Origin: Aigarchaeota archaeon
GTDB taxonomy: Archaea > Thermoproteota > Nitrososphaeria_A > Caldarchaeales > Wolframiiraptoraceae
Length of the DNA: 64,000 nucleotides
Assembly: GCA_025058515.1 (NCBI GenBank)
Contig: JANXDW010000026.1
Location: forward strand, 18,332-82,331
Direction of reading: 5' to 3'
The stretch's first letter is position 1, and each line of letters begins with the position of its first letter. Both the position numbers and the translations under genes were made by a program. Positions 40,400-51,223 of the stretch are shown piece after piece. The notes below the pieces were generated by a model that was not told where the DNA came from, did no database searches, and saw only the letters and a list, made by a program, of their open reading frames with translations.

Positions 40400-40520
40400 T
40401 GCGGGGGGTGGGATTTGAACCCACGAACCCCTACGGGATTCCCCACTTTAATTCAGGGGTTCTCATCTCTTATTTGAGAACCTGAACCCTGCGCCGTTGA
40501 CCAGGCTTGGCTACCCCCGC
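40400..40520 (-). tRNA. tRNA-Leu (anticodon CAG) with two predicted introns
   Basis: Minus-strand sequence GCGGGGG-TA-GCCAAGCCTGGTCAACGGC-G-CAGGG-TTCAGG[about 21-nt insert]CCCTG-[about 15-nt insert]-TCCCGTAGGGGTTC-GTGGGTTCAAATCCCAC-CCCCCGC-A. The acceptor and T arms are perfect, the D arm is Leu-type, the variable arm is long, and the discriminator is A. Confidence 0.8.
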
Positions 40521-40622
40521 TTATCTAATTTAATTATCCTCTAAGAGTATTAAAGATAGTTTTTAATTATAAATCTTAATTGATGTGGTTGGTCTCTTTT
40601 CCATAACCTAGTTTTATATCTC

Positions 40623-41594
40623 TTATTCTTCAACCTCCTTCCTTACTTCTCCTCTTATTATTGAGAGGATTATTGCTGAGCCTAGAACTGTGAAGACAAC
40701 TCCGATTGATAGCCATAAGGGTATCTCCATTATTGATGCTATGAAGATCTTTATTCCAAGGAATACTAAGATTCCTGATAGAGCTGGTCCAACATACTTG
40801 AATCTGAATATTGTTATTGCTATTAGAGAATATAATGCTCTTAACCCTAGAATTGCAGATATATTCGATGTGTATGCTAGGAAGAAGTCCATGGTAATCG
40901 CTATCACAGCTGGCACAGAGTCGAATGCGAAAACTACGTCTGTAGTCTCTATAGCTAAGAGAGCCAATAGCAATGGTGTAAACATCAGTTTACTGCTCTG
41001 CTTTGATCTAATTAGGAACTTTGCACCATCGTATAGGTCAGTTATCGGGAAGAACTTTTTAGCAAATTTTATTACAGGGTTTCTAGAAGGATCTACTTTT
41101 ACTTCTCCTGCTTTAAGTAGCTTTATTCCTGAATAGATTAATACTGCGCCAAAGACGTATACAGTCCAGTGGAATTGTTCTATGAGCCATATTCCTCCAG
41201 CAATAAAGACCGCTCTAAGCATTATAGCTGTGATTATTCCAGCGTAGAGAACTATAGGCTGTACTCTAAGCGGTACATTAAAATATCCAAAGATTACTGC
41301 GAAAACGAAGAGATTATCCATACTTAAACTCTTTTCTGTGACGAAAGCTGCATAATATAGAGCTAAAGCTTCTGGACCTCCAAACCAGTATGCGAATAAA
41401 CCCCACGCAAGTCCTATGATAATCCACAATGCTGACCAAGCACCTGCTTCCCTATAGGTCATTGAATGTTTTCTTCTCACACCTACAAACAGGTCTATCG
41501 CTATGAAGATTATTATCACGATATGATATAACTCCCAAAACCACATCGGAACCTCTATCTTGATAGGATGTGATCCAGAAACCGCTTCAACCAT
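40623..41594 (-). CDS. TerC-family integral membrane protein
   Basis: TEKSLSMDNLFVFAVIFGYF matches the TerC EKSLSVDN motif. About 9 TM helices. Confidence 0.7.
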   Translation of the reverse strand: MVEAVSGSHPIKIEVPMWFWELYHIVIIIFIAIDLFVGVRRKHSMTYREAGAWSALWIIIGLAWGLFAYWFGGPEALALYYAAFVTEKSLSMDNLFVFAVIFGYFNVPLRVQPIVLYAGIITAIMLRAVFIAGGIWLIEQFHWTVYVFGAVLIYSGIKLLKAGEVKVDPSRNPVIKFAKKFFPITDLYDGAKFLIRSKQSSKLMFTPLLLALLAIETTDVVFAFDSVPAVIAITMDFFLAYTSNISAILGLRALYSLIAITIFRFKYVGPALSGILVFLGIKIFIASIMEIPLWLSIGVVFTVLGSAIILSIIRGEVRKEVEE

Positions 41595-41925
41595 GTGTAC
41601 TTCGAGAGAGATCGAGAAGAGCCGTTAAAAAATATTATTCTTGAAAAGTTTAGTAAAAACATTCTAAGAATTTAACTTTATGGATCCATCTTATAGGAAC
41701 ATTGAGAACTAGTTACTGAGAAGATTCATTATTCTTATTATCTAGGACTATGTTTGTTACTCTACCATGCTTACTAGAACATATAAGATTTAATCATCCA
41801 TCCAATTCATAATTTATTTTATCAAGAGATGTTAAGAAAATCTTGAAACTATGTCATCGTGATGAGAGATTAAAAGACAATAGTGGTTAAAGGTTTAGAA
41901 GAATAATAGGATTGGTAAGGTTTGA

Positions 41926-44652
41926 TTATTTTAATACATTAGGGTTAGTTGAGGAAAGTTTATTGTAACGGCTTATCGATACTAGTTTTAATAATTCGAT
42001 TGAGAGGAATGTCGCCATGCCTCCAAAGCCCATCCACATAAAATCTTCGATTGTGGGGAGACTAAGATGCAGTGCCTCTCTTGTTACTGGGAACCATATA
42101 AGTAGTCCTATTAACACAGACTCCCAGAAAACTGCTAGGATAAGCCATTTGTGCGGTCTCACCTTGAAGACCGTATGCCTCAATGACCTGCAACTTATAG
42201 CTACAACTAGCTCTATTGCGACAAAGAGTAGGAAAAGTCTTGTTCTTGCGGCATCGATTCCATATGGTAGTGCACTGTAGAATGCAAATATCATCACCGG
42301 TGGCTCAACTATTAAGGCTCTTATCAAGAAGCTAACAACTTCTTTTGAGAAGACGCTCTCACCACGTTTTATTGGTGGTCTATTCATTAAGTCTGGGTCG
42401 GGAGGACTTAAGCCTAGGGCAAGAGCTGGTAATCCATCTGTCGCCAAGTTTATGTAAAGTATGTGTACAGGTAGTAATGCTAAAGCTTCTTCACCTGTAA
42501 ATCCTAAGTATCTTAAGAGGAAGAGTGTTGTAAAAGATAAGACTACGATCTCTACTAGATTCGCTTGGAGAAGGTATGCTAAGTATCTCTTGATGTTGTC
42601 TAGTATCCACCTCCCAAGCTCTATTGCCTTCACTAGCGTGGCTAGACTATCGTCTGTTAGTATAAGGTCTGAAGACTCTTTTGCTACTGCTGTTCCCCTG
42701 ATCCCCATGGCCACTCCTACATCAGCTCTCTTCAGTGCAGGAGCATCATTGACTCCATCTCCAGTCATCGCGACAGATGCTCCCCTTGCTTTACATGCCT
42801 CTACAATCTTCAGCTTCTGGATAGGAGTAGTCCTAGCGTAGACTGTTACTTTCTCTACATCTCTTGCAAGTTCCTTAGCATCCATCGCCTCTAGCTCTTG
42901 ACCTGTTATAACATAGTCTGCATCTATTCCACATTCTTTAGCGACAGCTATAGCTGTAAGTTTGTGATCTCCAGTTATCATAACTGGCTTGACTCCTGCA
43001 GACTTAGCTACCTCTATCGCCTTAATTGATTCAGGTCTCGGAGGATCTATTAATCCGACGAGACCTAGGAAGGTGAGCTCATTCTCAGAGGCAGATACAT
43101 CAGGGTTCTCCATCTCTCTATATCCGAAACCTAAAACTCTCAGTCCATGGGATGCTAACTGTTCATTGATCTCCAGTAGCTTAGTTCTTGTAGTATCATC
43201 AAGCGGTCTCTCTTCACCGTTGACCAAGATCTTAGTACAACGTTGGATAACTACCTCAGGCGCTCCCTTTACAAATGAGAACGGCTTTCCATCCACTATG
43301 TTTATCGTCGACATCATCTTCCTCTCACTAGTGAATGGATTCTCAGCTACTCGAGGATAGGAGTTGGAGACCTTCGAAGGGTCGATTCCTGCCTTGATGG
43401 CCATGAAGAGTAGTGCTACTTCAGTCGGGTCTCCTGAATGTTTCCACTTACCATCAGAGTAGGAGACAGATGCATCATTACATAGAATAGAAGATTTAAG
43501 GAGTAGATCGAAGGTTTTCGAATTTTTCGGAATGTCTTCAACTACTCCATCAGCGTTGAAACCTGTCCCTGTAACATTTAAGAGCTTTGAATCTACGTAG
43601 ATTGCTCTAACAGTCTGCTCTCCTTTTGTGAGAGTGCCAGTCTTATCGAAACACATAACTTGCGTAGATCCTAGGCTCTCCACGGCCGCTAATTTTCTAA
43701 CTAAGGCTCCATGCTTTGCCAAAGTCCAAGCACCTATCGCTAATGATGCTGTAACTATGGCTGGTAGTGCTTCAGGAACTGCTGCTACTGCTAGAGCTAC
43801 GCTGAACATAAAGACCTCCATCATGAACTCGAGGGTTAGTCCTCCTAACAATAGTGATTCGATTAACTCTATAATGATGAGTGCGACTATGATCGTGATC
43901 GCTAGGATGCCGAATTTCTTCCCCAACTCATTCATCCTAACTTCTAATGGAGTCTTCTCTTCACTTACCGCTACAGTATATGTCGCCACTTTTCCAAACT
44001 CTGTAGACTTACCCGTCGCAATGACTACGGCTTTTCCTCTACCAGAGGTCACTAAGGTTCCTGCGTAGACTAGGTTTAATCGATCTGCGAGAGGGACATC
44101 AGCAGAGAGTTTAGATGTCACCTTCTCTACTGGTACCGACTCACCGGTGAGAGCTGATTCATCTACTTTGAGTCCCCAGGAATCTATAAGTCTACCATCG
44201 GCGGCCACGATATCGCCTTCACCGAGTATGAGTATATCTCCAGGGACTACTTGCTCAGTTGGTATTGTAACGATATTACCATCTCTTAAGACTTTACAAG
44301 TGGGAGCGGTTAGTTCTTTAAGCTTCTCTAATGCTTTCTCCGCTCTATATTCTTGAACGAATCCGAGAATACCGATGAAGACTATTATGACAGATATAAC
44401 GATGGCCTCTACGGTCTCTCCAAGTATTGCTGTGATGACTGTGGCGGCGAGGAGTATGAGGATCAGTGCATTCGTGAATTGTCTCAAGAAGATAAATATA
44501 GGACTTATCCTTTTCTCCTCAACCAAGATATTCGCTCCATACTTTTTTAATCTATTTTGAGCTTCTGTAGAACTTAATCCACTATCAGGGTTCGTTCCAA
44601 GAACTTTCACAACATCTTCAACTTCCATTGCATGGAACTCATACTGCGACAT
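41926..44652 (-). CDS. P-type cation-transporting ATPase (P2-like)
   Basis: 908 aa with TGES, phosphorylation site CFDKTGTLT, hinge MTGDGVNDAPALK, and 10 TM helices. Confidence 0.9.
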   Translation of the reverse strand: MSQYEFHAMEVEDVVKVLGTNPDSGLSSTEAQNRLKKYGANILVEEKRISPIFIFLRQFTNALILILLAATVITAILGETVEAIVISVIIVFIGILGFVQEYRAEKALEKLKELTAPTCKVLRDGNIVTIPTEQVVPGDILILGEGDIVAADGRLIDSWGLKVDESALTGESVPVEKVTSKLSADVPLADRLNLVYAGTLVTSGRGKAVVIATGKSTEFGKVATYTVAVSEEKTPLEVRMNELGKKFGILAITIIVALIIIELIESLLLGGLTLEFMMEVFMFSVALAVAAVPEALPAIVTASLAIGAWTLAKHGALVRKLAAVESLGSTQVMCFDKTGTLTKGEQTVRAIYVDSKLLNVTGTGFNADGVVEDIPKNSKTFDLLLKSSILCNDASVSYSDGKWKHSGDPTEVALLFMAIKAGIDPSKVSNSYPRVAENPFTSERKMMSTINIVDGKPFSFVKGAPEVVIQRCTKILVNGEERPLDDTTRTKLLEINEQLASHGLRVLGFGYREMENPDVSASENELTFLGLVGLIDPPRPESIKAIEVAKSAGVKPVMITGDHKLTAIAVAKECGIDADYVITGQELEAMDAKELARDVEKVTVYARTTPIQKLKIVEACKARGASVAMTGDGVNDAPALKRADVGVAMGIRGTAVAKESSDLILTDDSLATLVKAIELGRWILDNIKRYLAYLLQANLVEIVVLSFTTLFLLRYLGFTGEEALALLPVHILYINLATDGLPALALGLSPPDPDLMNRPPIKRGESVFSKEVVSFLIRALIVEPPVMIFAFYSALPYGIDAARTRLFLLFVAIELVVAISCRSLRHTVFKVRPHKWLILAVFWESVLIGLLIWFPVTREALHLSLPTIEDFMWMGFGGMATFLSIELLKLVSISRYNKLSSTNPNVLK

Positions 44653-44819
44653 ACCTAAAGTCCCTTTAAGAAAAGAGATTTTAGTCTAATATAATCATTT
44701 TCATGTATTAAATCTGAAAGCTCTTTTACGTGTCTCAGTAGGAGATATTGTCAGCCCTAATCTCCATCTACATTCATCATTAGAGAACAATTTTTCCTTC
44801 TAATAATTGTGGTTAGAAA

Positions 44820-45617
44820 TTGAGTTTTAGAGAAAAATATAATTCTTACTATCTAAAATCTAATATTGAAATGAAGATTCATAGTAATGCTTTGCTGGTA
44901 TCTTTGTGGCTCTCTCCAATAATTGTTATGTTGTGTATTAGAGTTCCATGGCTTGTGGTAGCTGGTGCTGAGAGATTCTTCGTACCATTTAGCGAGCTTG
45001 AATTCTACTTAGGTCAGTCGACAAAATATCTCTCTATTCTATCTATTATGCTATTTATCATGTTTAAGTTTAGTATAAGTTTTAGAGATATAGGAATATG
45101 GACAACTTTCAGACTTGCTCTTGGCGATATTCTCCACGGTGGAGTCTTCGCACTCTTTTACATATTGATAACATGGGTTGCATCTATCTTCTTTATACCC
45201 TTTATTCCAGAAAGAGCTGAAACAGTCTTCTTTAACTTATTCTATGGTTACGTTATACCTGTTGATAAAATGTTGGAGCTAATCTCCATCCTCAATCCAT
45301 GGATATATGCAGTCTACATGACTACTATTCCAGCGATTGTAGAAGAGATGTATTTTAGGGGATACTCGATAAACCTTCTAAGAAACTTCTCAGGCAACTT
45401 ATGGATAGTAAACTTGCTTCAAGCATCATTATTCTCTGCTCTTCACTGGTATAGAGGGTTGCTCGCAGGGATACTTCCCATGTTTATCTTCGGAATCCTC
45501 TTCGGCTTCTTAACGATAAAAAACAATTTTAGATTAACCTCAGCTATAACGGGACACTTGATAGTTAACATGCTTAGCATCTCTCTATATCTACGAGGAT
45601 TAGAGATGATTCAATAG
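44820..45617 (+). CDS. CPBP-family intramembrane metalloprotease (CAAX protease/Abi domain)
   Basis: EExxFRG motif (IVEEMYFRGYS) and downstream His (FSALHWY) in a polytopic membrane protein. Confidence 0.65.
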   Translation: MSFREKYNSYYLKSNIEMKIHSNALLVSLWLSPIIVMLCIRVPWLVVAGAERFFVPFSELEFYLGQSTKYLSILSIMLFIMFKFSISFRDIGIWTTFRLALGDILHGGVFALFYILITWVASIFFIPFIPERAETVFFNLFYGYVIPVDKMLELISILNPWIYAVYMTTIPAIVEEMYFRGYSINLLRNFSGNLWIVNLLQASLFSALHWYRGLLAGILPMFIFGILFGFLTIKNNFRLTSAITGHLIVNMLSISLYLRGLEMIQ

Positions 45618-45672
45618 ATTAGTCTACTTAGATTATTCAAAAATAAAAATAAGTGGAGTAGAACTAGTTGAT

Positions 45673-47058
45673 TTATTCTGCGAGTGGTGGTGTGAAGAAT
45701 ATTCCTCCCCACAGTAGCCATACTAGGAATAGGGCGAAGATTACGTTTACTATCTGAGCTATAACATATGCTGCAGCTGGTCTACCTCTACCTATCGCTA
45801 TAAGTTCTTTGAATCTTGTATCTAGTCCGATGCCGACGAAGGCTAGTGGGAAGAAGATGACACTCCTGAATTTATCTACTGGTGTTGCCCAGAACTTTGC
45901 GACAAAGTCAGATTTAGCTTTCGCAAGGCTAACCCCCATGGTTTCTGCTACGTTCACCATGATGATCGAGAGCAGTATGCTAGCAACGATGAATCCTAGA
46001 ATGAACTTGGGGAATCTGTACCATACCTCCATCGGGCTTACTCTTTCTTCAGGTTTCTTCTCTACTCTAAATATCCAGACTACAGCTAGTAGGAATGCCA
46101 CGAAACCTATTAAGACGTTCTGAGCCATTTTAACAATCGCTGCTACATCCATTGCTCTTCCACCTAGGAAACCTCCGGCAGCAACTACAGCTGGCGTAGT
46201 ATCTATTGTTGCCCCAATCCATGCACCTGCGACGTGCATCCAGTATTTACCTATTACAGGTGCGAGAGCTTTTGATAGATATGGTAGACCAACTAGCAAT
46301 GGTATAGATGTAATCAGTACGAGCGATATTGTGTAGCTAACGTACTTGGGATTTCCCTTAACTGCACCTCCAGCTGCGATAGCAGCAGATACACCGCAGA
46401 TAGATACACCGCTTGCCATTATCGATGAGAACTCTCTATCGAGCCCAAATCCTCTACAGATGTAGAATGCTGCATACCATATTACTAATACGTTTATTAT
46501 TGCTTGAACTACGGCCAGTCCACCAGCAACGACTAAGTCTGTGAAGAATATGTTGAGACCTAAGATTACTAGACCGATCTTGATAAAGAGCTCTGTTCTA
46601 ACTGCAGGCTTAAGCCATTTCGGTACACCTACAGTATTGCTGATCAATAATCCTATTACTAGAGCCCATAGTGGATACTCTAGACCCCAAGTCCTCGCAA
46701 ACTCTGTAGCTCCAATTATTATTGCAAGCCATGCAAGTATAAACATCACTATGAACCCTGGAATGTATTGTTTGACAAATCTTTTCTCGATAATGGATAC
46801 AGCTATTAGCGTTAATATCATTGTGTAGATTAGTACTAAGACCCATCCTGTAAAGTGGTCTGCGGATGCCCATGCAGGTGGTGTTGGAAGCCATTTTGTC
46901 TCTGCTTTCAAGTACCATCCTATCCATGGTTGATAGAATGGTTGAGCTTTCCAACCTGTCACTGCAGCAGCTACTAAGCCTATTAGGATTATTATGAAGC
47001 CTACCCAGACAGCCCACCAATCTTCTTTTTTCCATAAACTAGACCAATCTATCGGCAT
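45673..47058 (-). CDS. Polytopic membrane transporter-like protein, family unresolved (possibly YeiH/UPF0324-like)
   Basis: 461 aa with 10 or more TM helices and a Gly/Ala-rich re-entrant-like segment CGVSAAIAAGGAVKG. Confidence 0.3.
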   Translation of the reverse strand: MPIDWSSLWKKEDWWAVWVGFIIILIGLVAAAVTGWKAQPFYQPWIGWYLKAETKWLPTPPAWASADHFTGWVLVLIYTMILTLIAVSIIEKRFVKQYIPGFIVMFILAWLAIIIGATEFARTWGLEYPLWALVIGLLISNTVGVPKWLKPAVRTELFIKIGLVILGLNIFFTDLVVAGGLAVVQAIINVLVIWYAAFYICRGFGLDREFSSIMASGVSICGVSAAIAAGGAVKGNPKYVSYTISLVLITSIPLLVGLPYLSKALAPVIGKYWMHVAGAWIGATIDTTPAVVAAGGFLGGRAMDVAAIVKMAQNVLIGFVAFLLAVVWIFRVEKKPEERVSPMEVWYRFPKFILGFIVASILLSIIMVNVAETMGVSLAKAKSDFVAKFWATPVDKFRSVIFFPLAFVGIGLDTRFKELIAIGRGRPAAAYVIAQIVNVIFALFLVWLLWGGIFFTPPLAE

Positions 47059-47171
47059 ATGTACTCATTTACGTCTTGGTAATAAAACTTTATATCTTTT
47101 TACATGGAAAAATTAGTTCTTTAAATTTTTAAGCTGAGTATAGTATATATCGTTAGATTTAGATATATTTT

Positions 47172-48233
47172 TTGAAGATTGTGAAGATAATCCAGATCGA
47201 GGTCTCTTCAAGATGTAACGCAGACTGCTTGATGTGTCCTAAATCTAGTTATAAAGATCTATGGAGTTTTGGAGATATGGATCTTGAAGATTATACTAAG
47301 ATAAGTAGTTGTTTCGATGAATGCGATATCGTATGGTTGCAAGGATGGGGGGAGCCATTGCTCTCTAAAAATATTTACGAGATGGTTAGATTGGCTGGGA
47401 GAAGAGATACTACAGTAGGTCTTACAACAAATGCTATGCTATTAAATAGTGAACGATCGAGGAGATTGATAGAGAATGGTGTTAAAGTCTTATCTATATC
47501 GATTGCAGGTGGAACGAGAGAGACTCATGAGAGTATTAGGAGGGGGACCAGCTTTAATAAAATTATTGAGAATGTTAAAGCATTGACACAGTTGAGGAGA
47601 AATGTAAATGCAAGAGATTTAAAGGTGATCTTCACATTCTTGAGAATTAAACAGAATATTGCTGAGCTTCCAAGAGTTGTCGAGCTTGCATCTGAGCTAG
47701 ATGTAGACCAAGTTATCGGAACGAACATAGACTATATACCGACTAAAGAACACTACGATATGAAGATCTTTTCAGAGGGTAAAGCTTCTAAAGAGTATTT
47801 AGAGATAATAAGATCGAGTGAAGAAAGAGCAAGAGAGTTAGGGGTCTCTATCTTCAACTATCCTATAGAGATGGAGGAAGTCATAGTATGCCCTGAAGAC
47901 CCTACTAGAGGATTATTCATCTCTCACGATGGAAGCGTCTCACCATGTGTTTACTTAAATGTACCTTTAAGATCTCATACAATTCCAAGATATTTCAAGA
48001 ATACTCAATACGATGTTCCTAAACTAATTTACGGGAACATAAAGGTAGAGAGGTTAGAAGAGATTTGGAGAAAAAAAGAATATATGGAATTTAGGGATGT
48101 TTATAATGAGAGAGTAAAGTCTTCGAAACCTACTGTGAGCTTCATTCAATCTTTACTTGAAGTTAGAGAGGTACATAGGATTCCCCAGATACCTGAACCG
48201 TGCAGAACTTGTTATAAAGCTTATGGAGTTTAA
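47172..48233 (+). CDS. Radical SAM enzyme with C-terminal Cys-containing (twitch/SPASM-like) extension
   Basis: CNADCLMCPK (Cx3Cx2C), GGEPLL-like WGEPLL, and C-terminal Cys residues (CPEDP...SPCVY...CRTC). A TTG or GTG start. Confidence 0.55.
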   Translation: MKIVKIIQIEVSSRCNADCLMCPKSSYKDLWSFGDMDLEDYTKISSCFDECDIVWLQGWGEPLLSKNIYEMVRLAGRRDTTVGLTTNAMLLNSERSRRLIENGVKVLSISIAGGTRETHESIRRGTSFNKIIENVKALTQLRRNVNARDLKVIFTFLRIKQNIAELPRVVELASELDVDQVIGTNIDYIPTKEHYDMKIFSEGKASKEYLEIIRSSEERARELGVSIFNYPIEMEEVIVCPEDPTRGLFISHDGSVSPCVYLNVPLRSHTIPRYFKNTQYDVPKLIYGNIKVERLEEIWRKKEYMEFRDVYNERVKSSKPTVSFIQSLLEVREVHRIPQIPEPCRTCYKAYGV

Positions 48234-48235
48234 GG

Positions 48236-48424
48236 TTACATCTCGGTAACCGTTATCGCTCCAGATGGGCAGACCGCTTCACATGATCTACATCCTAGAC
48301 ATTGATCTTGATTGACTGGTACAGCTTTACCATTTTGAAGTTCGAAGACGCTCACTGGACATATGGTTACGCATTCCCCATCACCAGTACATTTTTCTTT
48401 ATCTACTGATACTATCCATGTCAT
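48236..48424 (-). CDS. 2x[4Fe-4S] ferredoxin
   Basis: 62 aa with CTGDGECVTICP and CLGCRSCEAVCP. Confidence 0.7.
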   Translation of the reverse strand: MTWIVSVDKEKCTGDGECVTICPVSVFELQNGKAVPVNQDQCLGCRSCEAVCPSGAITVTEM

Positions 48425-48520
48425 GATCAGTTCACCATATTTAGAAAGATACTCTGCAATTTAAGTATGATTTAATTTAAAAAATTTTTGTCGAAGGTGA
48501 AAAGTTGGAGAGAGTGAGAA

Positions 48521-48733
48521 CTATTCGGTTGCCTCTGGAACTTTTACTCTTGTTTCGCCTCCAAAAGATACCCACTCGATCTTTCCCTCATTGACAAGCA
48601 CATTTACCGCTTTATCTACAATCTTCTTATCTAATTTCAATGTTTTAGCTATATCTCTACTCGTAACAGATCTTTTAACCTTCTTCAAGTATTCTAGAAT
48701 CTGCTGTTTAACTTCTTCTGTTACCTCGGACAT
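48521..48733 (-). CDS. dsrD: DsrD-like small winged-helix protein
   Basis: 70 aa, located downstream of dsrAB. Pattern KQQILEYLKK...LVNEGKIEWVSFGGETRV resembles the DsrD LVNDE.LEYWSSGST core. Confidence 0.55.
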   Translation of the reverse strand: MSEVTEEVKQQILEYLKKVKRSVTSRDIAKTLKLDKKIVDKAVNVLVNEGKIEWVSFGGETRVKVPEATE

Positions 48734-48966
48734 CTTACCTCATCTAATATAGATTAATTCTACTTGAAAAGCATTATCCTTACTTAATGAAATATTGATG
48801 GATACAATCATTCTAGCTTTAGCTAGGGCTTTTACCCATCTTTTCAGAACATTTACCTTTAAGGCTTTAAACAAAGACAATTTGATCCTGGATAAAATAT
48901 ATAATAGGGGATTTAAAGTTTGTAGATTTTGTTTCTACTAACTTATCTCTTGACTCTCTCGTTAGT

Positions 48967-50040
48967 CTATCTCCATTTAAATTGTGTAGTAGTTCTAAAT
49001 GTTGGTAGAGAGAAGATGAAATCATCAATATGCTTATCTGTGAAAGGTATCTCTGTTAAGGTGAAGAATCTCTCCCACCCAATCCTCTTTATCCAATCTC
49101 CTATCCTCTCACCCTTCTTAGCGTTCTTAATCCATGCATCTATAACTTTTTTAGCTGCTTGAACACATTCTGGCCATCTAGGAGGATTATTTGGAAGATA
49201 TGGTATTGCAAGTCTAGAGAATTCTGGAGGACCTCCAGCTACAGCGTTCCCTCCAACCCACATAGATAAGCAGTCATATTTTGGATTGTGTATAAACATC
49301 CCTGGGCAGACTGTGTAGCAGTTTCCACAATACATGCACCTCTCCTCATTAACTATTACTGATTTCTTTTCTGGTGCAGGTCTGATAGCTGCTGTAGGAC
49401 AGCTGGCGACAAGAGTAGGTATCTCGCAAAGCCTACTAACTATATCATCATTAACTACTGGAGGCTTTCTATGCATTCCAACAAATGCAAGGTCTGAACA
49501 GTGTACTGCTCCACACATATTTAAGCAGCATGCAATAGCTATCTTTAGTTTACCTGGTAGATCATCTCTAACAAAGTAATCGTATAGTTCATCGTAGAGA
49601 GCCTTGGCAAGTCCTGGAGCATCTATTATGGCCGTATGGCAGTGAACCCATCCTTGAGTATGTATTATAGCTTTCAAGGATCGACCAGTTCCTCCCACAG
49701 GCCAACCTCTCTCTCTTAATTCTCTTAGTAATCCATCCAGTTTATTCTTATCGGTAACTATGAACTCTACATTATGTCTACTCGTAAACTTCACGTATCC
49801 ATCAGAATATTTATCAGCGATATCGCATAGCTCTCTAACGAAGTAGACGCTAACTATCTTTGGTATCGCTGCTCTAACCATGTAGACTTCATCACCATTC
49901 ATAGAGACGTGTTTTATTATACCTGGAGCAACATATTCGTGGTATCTCCATTTACCGTAATTCTTCATTAATACTGGGTGGACCATCTCTCTATAATGCG
50001 GAGGACCAATATCTGTTATGTACTTCTTCTCTCCAGACAT
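48967..50040 (-). CDS. dsrB: Dissimilatory sulfite reductase beta subunit
   Basis: N-terminal TDIGPPHYREMVHPVLMKNYGKWRYHE, siroheme/Fe-S Cys residues, and an inserted ferredoxin domain (CMYCGNCYTVCP). Confidence 0.85.
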   Translation of the reverse strand: MSGEKKYITDIGPPHYREMVHPVLMKNYGKWRYHEYVAPGIIKHVSMNGDEVYMVRAAIPKIVSVYFVRELCDIADKYSDGYVKFTSRHNVEFIVTDKNKLDGLLRELRERGWPVGGTGRSLKAIIHTQGWVHCHTAIIDAPGLAKALYDELYDYFVRDDLPGKLKIAIACCLNMCGAVHCSDLAFVGMHRKPPVVNDDIVSRLCEIPTLVASCPTAAIRPAPEKKSVIVNEERCMYCGNCYTVCPGMFIHNPKYDCLSMWVGGNAVAGGPPEFSRLAIPYLPNNPPRWPECVQAAKKVIDAWIKNAKKGERIGDWIKRIGWERFFTLTEIPFTDKHIDDFIFSLPTFRTTTQFKWR

Positions 50041-50044
50041 CTTC

Positions 50045-51223
50045 TTACTTCACCTCCTCAAGTTCTTCAGGACTCCAGAAGTAGTATGGATTAGCTCTAG
50101 GAGCATAAACCATCTGAGGAGCCGGTGGTTGACCGATAGCTTTCAAGAAATTCCTCATACCAACCCTATATACTAATTCTCCTACCCTCTCTCTAGTTTT
50201 AGCATTCTCATCCCACCAGTCGAGAATCTTTCTAGTCAACTCCTTTAATTCTCTATATGGTTTGTCAGCCTTCATAAATGGTACGATAACCCATCCGAGA
50301 AATGCTCCCTGCAGTATAGTTGCCTTCCCTCCTAAGAGTATTGATACACCTCTATCATCTCCTGGGAGAATGGCCTTGGGTAAAGCTGATAGACATTTCA
50401 TACATCTTGTACAATCTTCTGGTATGACTCTGAGTTCTTTACCATCCCATTCAAGAGCTTGTGGTGGACATCTAGCAGCTACAGCCGCTATATTCACACC
50501 CTTCTTAGCATATTCTCTTACAGCCTCTTGATCTATCTTTATAGAATCTCTCCATGTTCCAATTATTGCTAAATCTGCACGGGCTAGTGCTGCTACACAA
50601 TCGTTAGGACATCCAGCTATCTTAATCTTGAATTTGTATGGGAATCTAGGTCTATGTATCTCATCTTGAAGTTCCATGGTTAACTCATGGTAGATGTCTA
50701 GAGTATCGATACATGACCATTGGCAGAAAGCTGGTCCACCACAACAACTGAGAGTTCTCACATCACCTCCAGAGCCTCCTAGATCGAATCCTATTGAAAT
50801 CAAGTCTTCAAAACAAGGTTGGAGGCTCGCTGTCTGAGCTCCTAGTAAGATTATGTCTCCTGTAGAACCGTGTAGATTTATGAATCCGGAGCCATGCTTC
50901 TCCCATACATCACAAAGCTTTCTTAATGCTTTGGTTGAGTAAAACCACCCAGCGGGCTGTGCTACTCTAAGTGTATGAACTTCAGGGGTTTGCATAACTT
51001 CAGGTGGAAGATCACTATATCTGCCGATTACGCCTCCACCATACCCTCTTACACCAACTATACCTCCATGCTTCCAGTGGGTTACTCTCTCTACATAAGA
51101 TCTCTCCAATTGTAGTAAGATATTCTTCGAGTAAGGTTTTACCGCCGCCATCCGCTTCATCTCTGTTACGAAACTAGGCCATCGACCTTTCTCTAATTCA
51201 TCTAAGAGAGGTGTCTCAGACAT
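50045..51223 (-). CDS. dsrA: Dissimilatory sulfite reductase alpha subunit
   Basis: N-terminal [16 protein letters not shown], nitrite/sulfite reductase Cys residues, and a ferredoxin-like CTRCMKC. Confidence 0.85.
   Translation of the reverse strand: MSETPLLDELEKGRWPSFVTEMKRMAAVKPYSKNILLQLERSYVERVTHWKHGGIVGVRGYGGGVIGRYSDLPPEVMQTPEVHTLRVAQPAGWFYSTKALRKLCDVWEKHGSGFINLHGSTGDIILLGAQTASLQPCFEDLISIGFDLGGSGGDVRTLSCCGGPAFCQWSCIDTLDIYHELTMELQDEIHRPRFPYKFKIKIAGCPNDCVAALARADLAIIGTWRDSIKIDQEAVREYAKKGVNIAAVAARCPPQALEWDGKELRVIPEDCTRCMKCLSALPKAILPGDDRGVSILLGGKATILQGAFLGWVIVPFMKADKPYRELKELTRKILDWWDENAKTRERVGELVYRVGMRNFLKAIGQPPAPQMVYAPRANPYYFWSPEELEEVK

Noticed and set aside
40223-40477. 84-aa plus-strand ORF
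   Set aside because: It overlaps the tRNA-Leu gene on the opposite strand and has no coding features. It is spurious.
42017-44560. Series of plus-strand ORFs (87-146 aa)
   Set aside because: All lie antisense inside the 908-aa P-type ATPase gene, are Ser/Ala/Thr-rich and motif-free. They are shadow ORFs.
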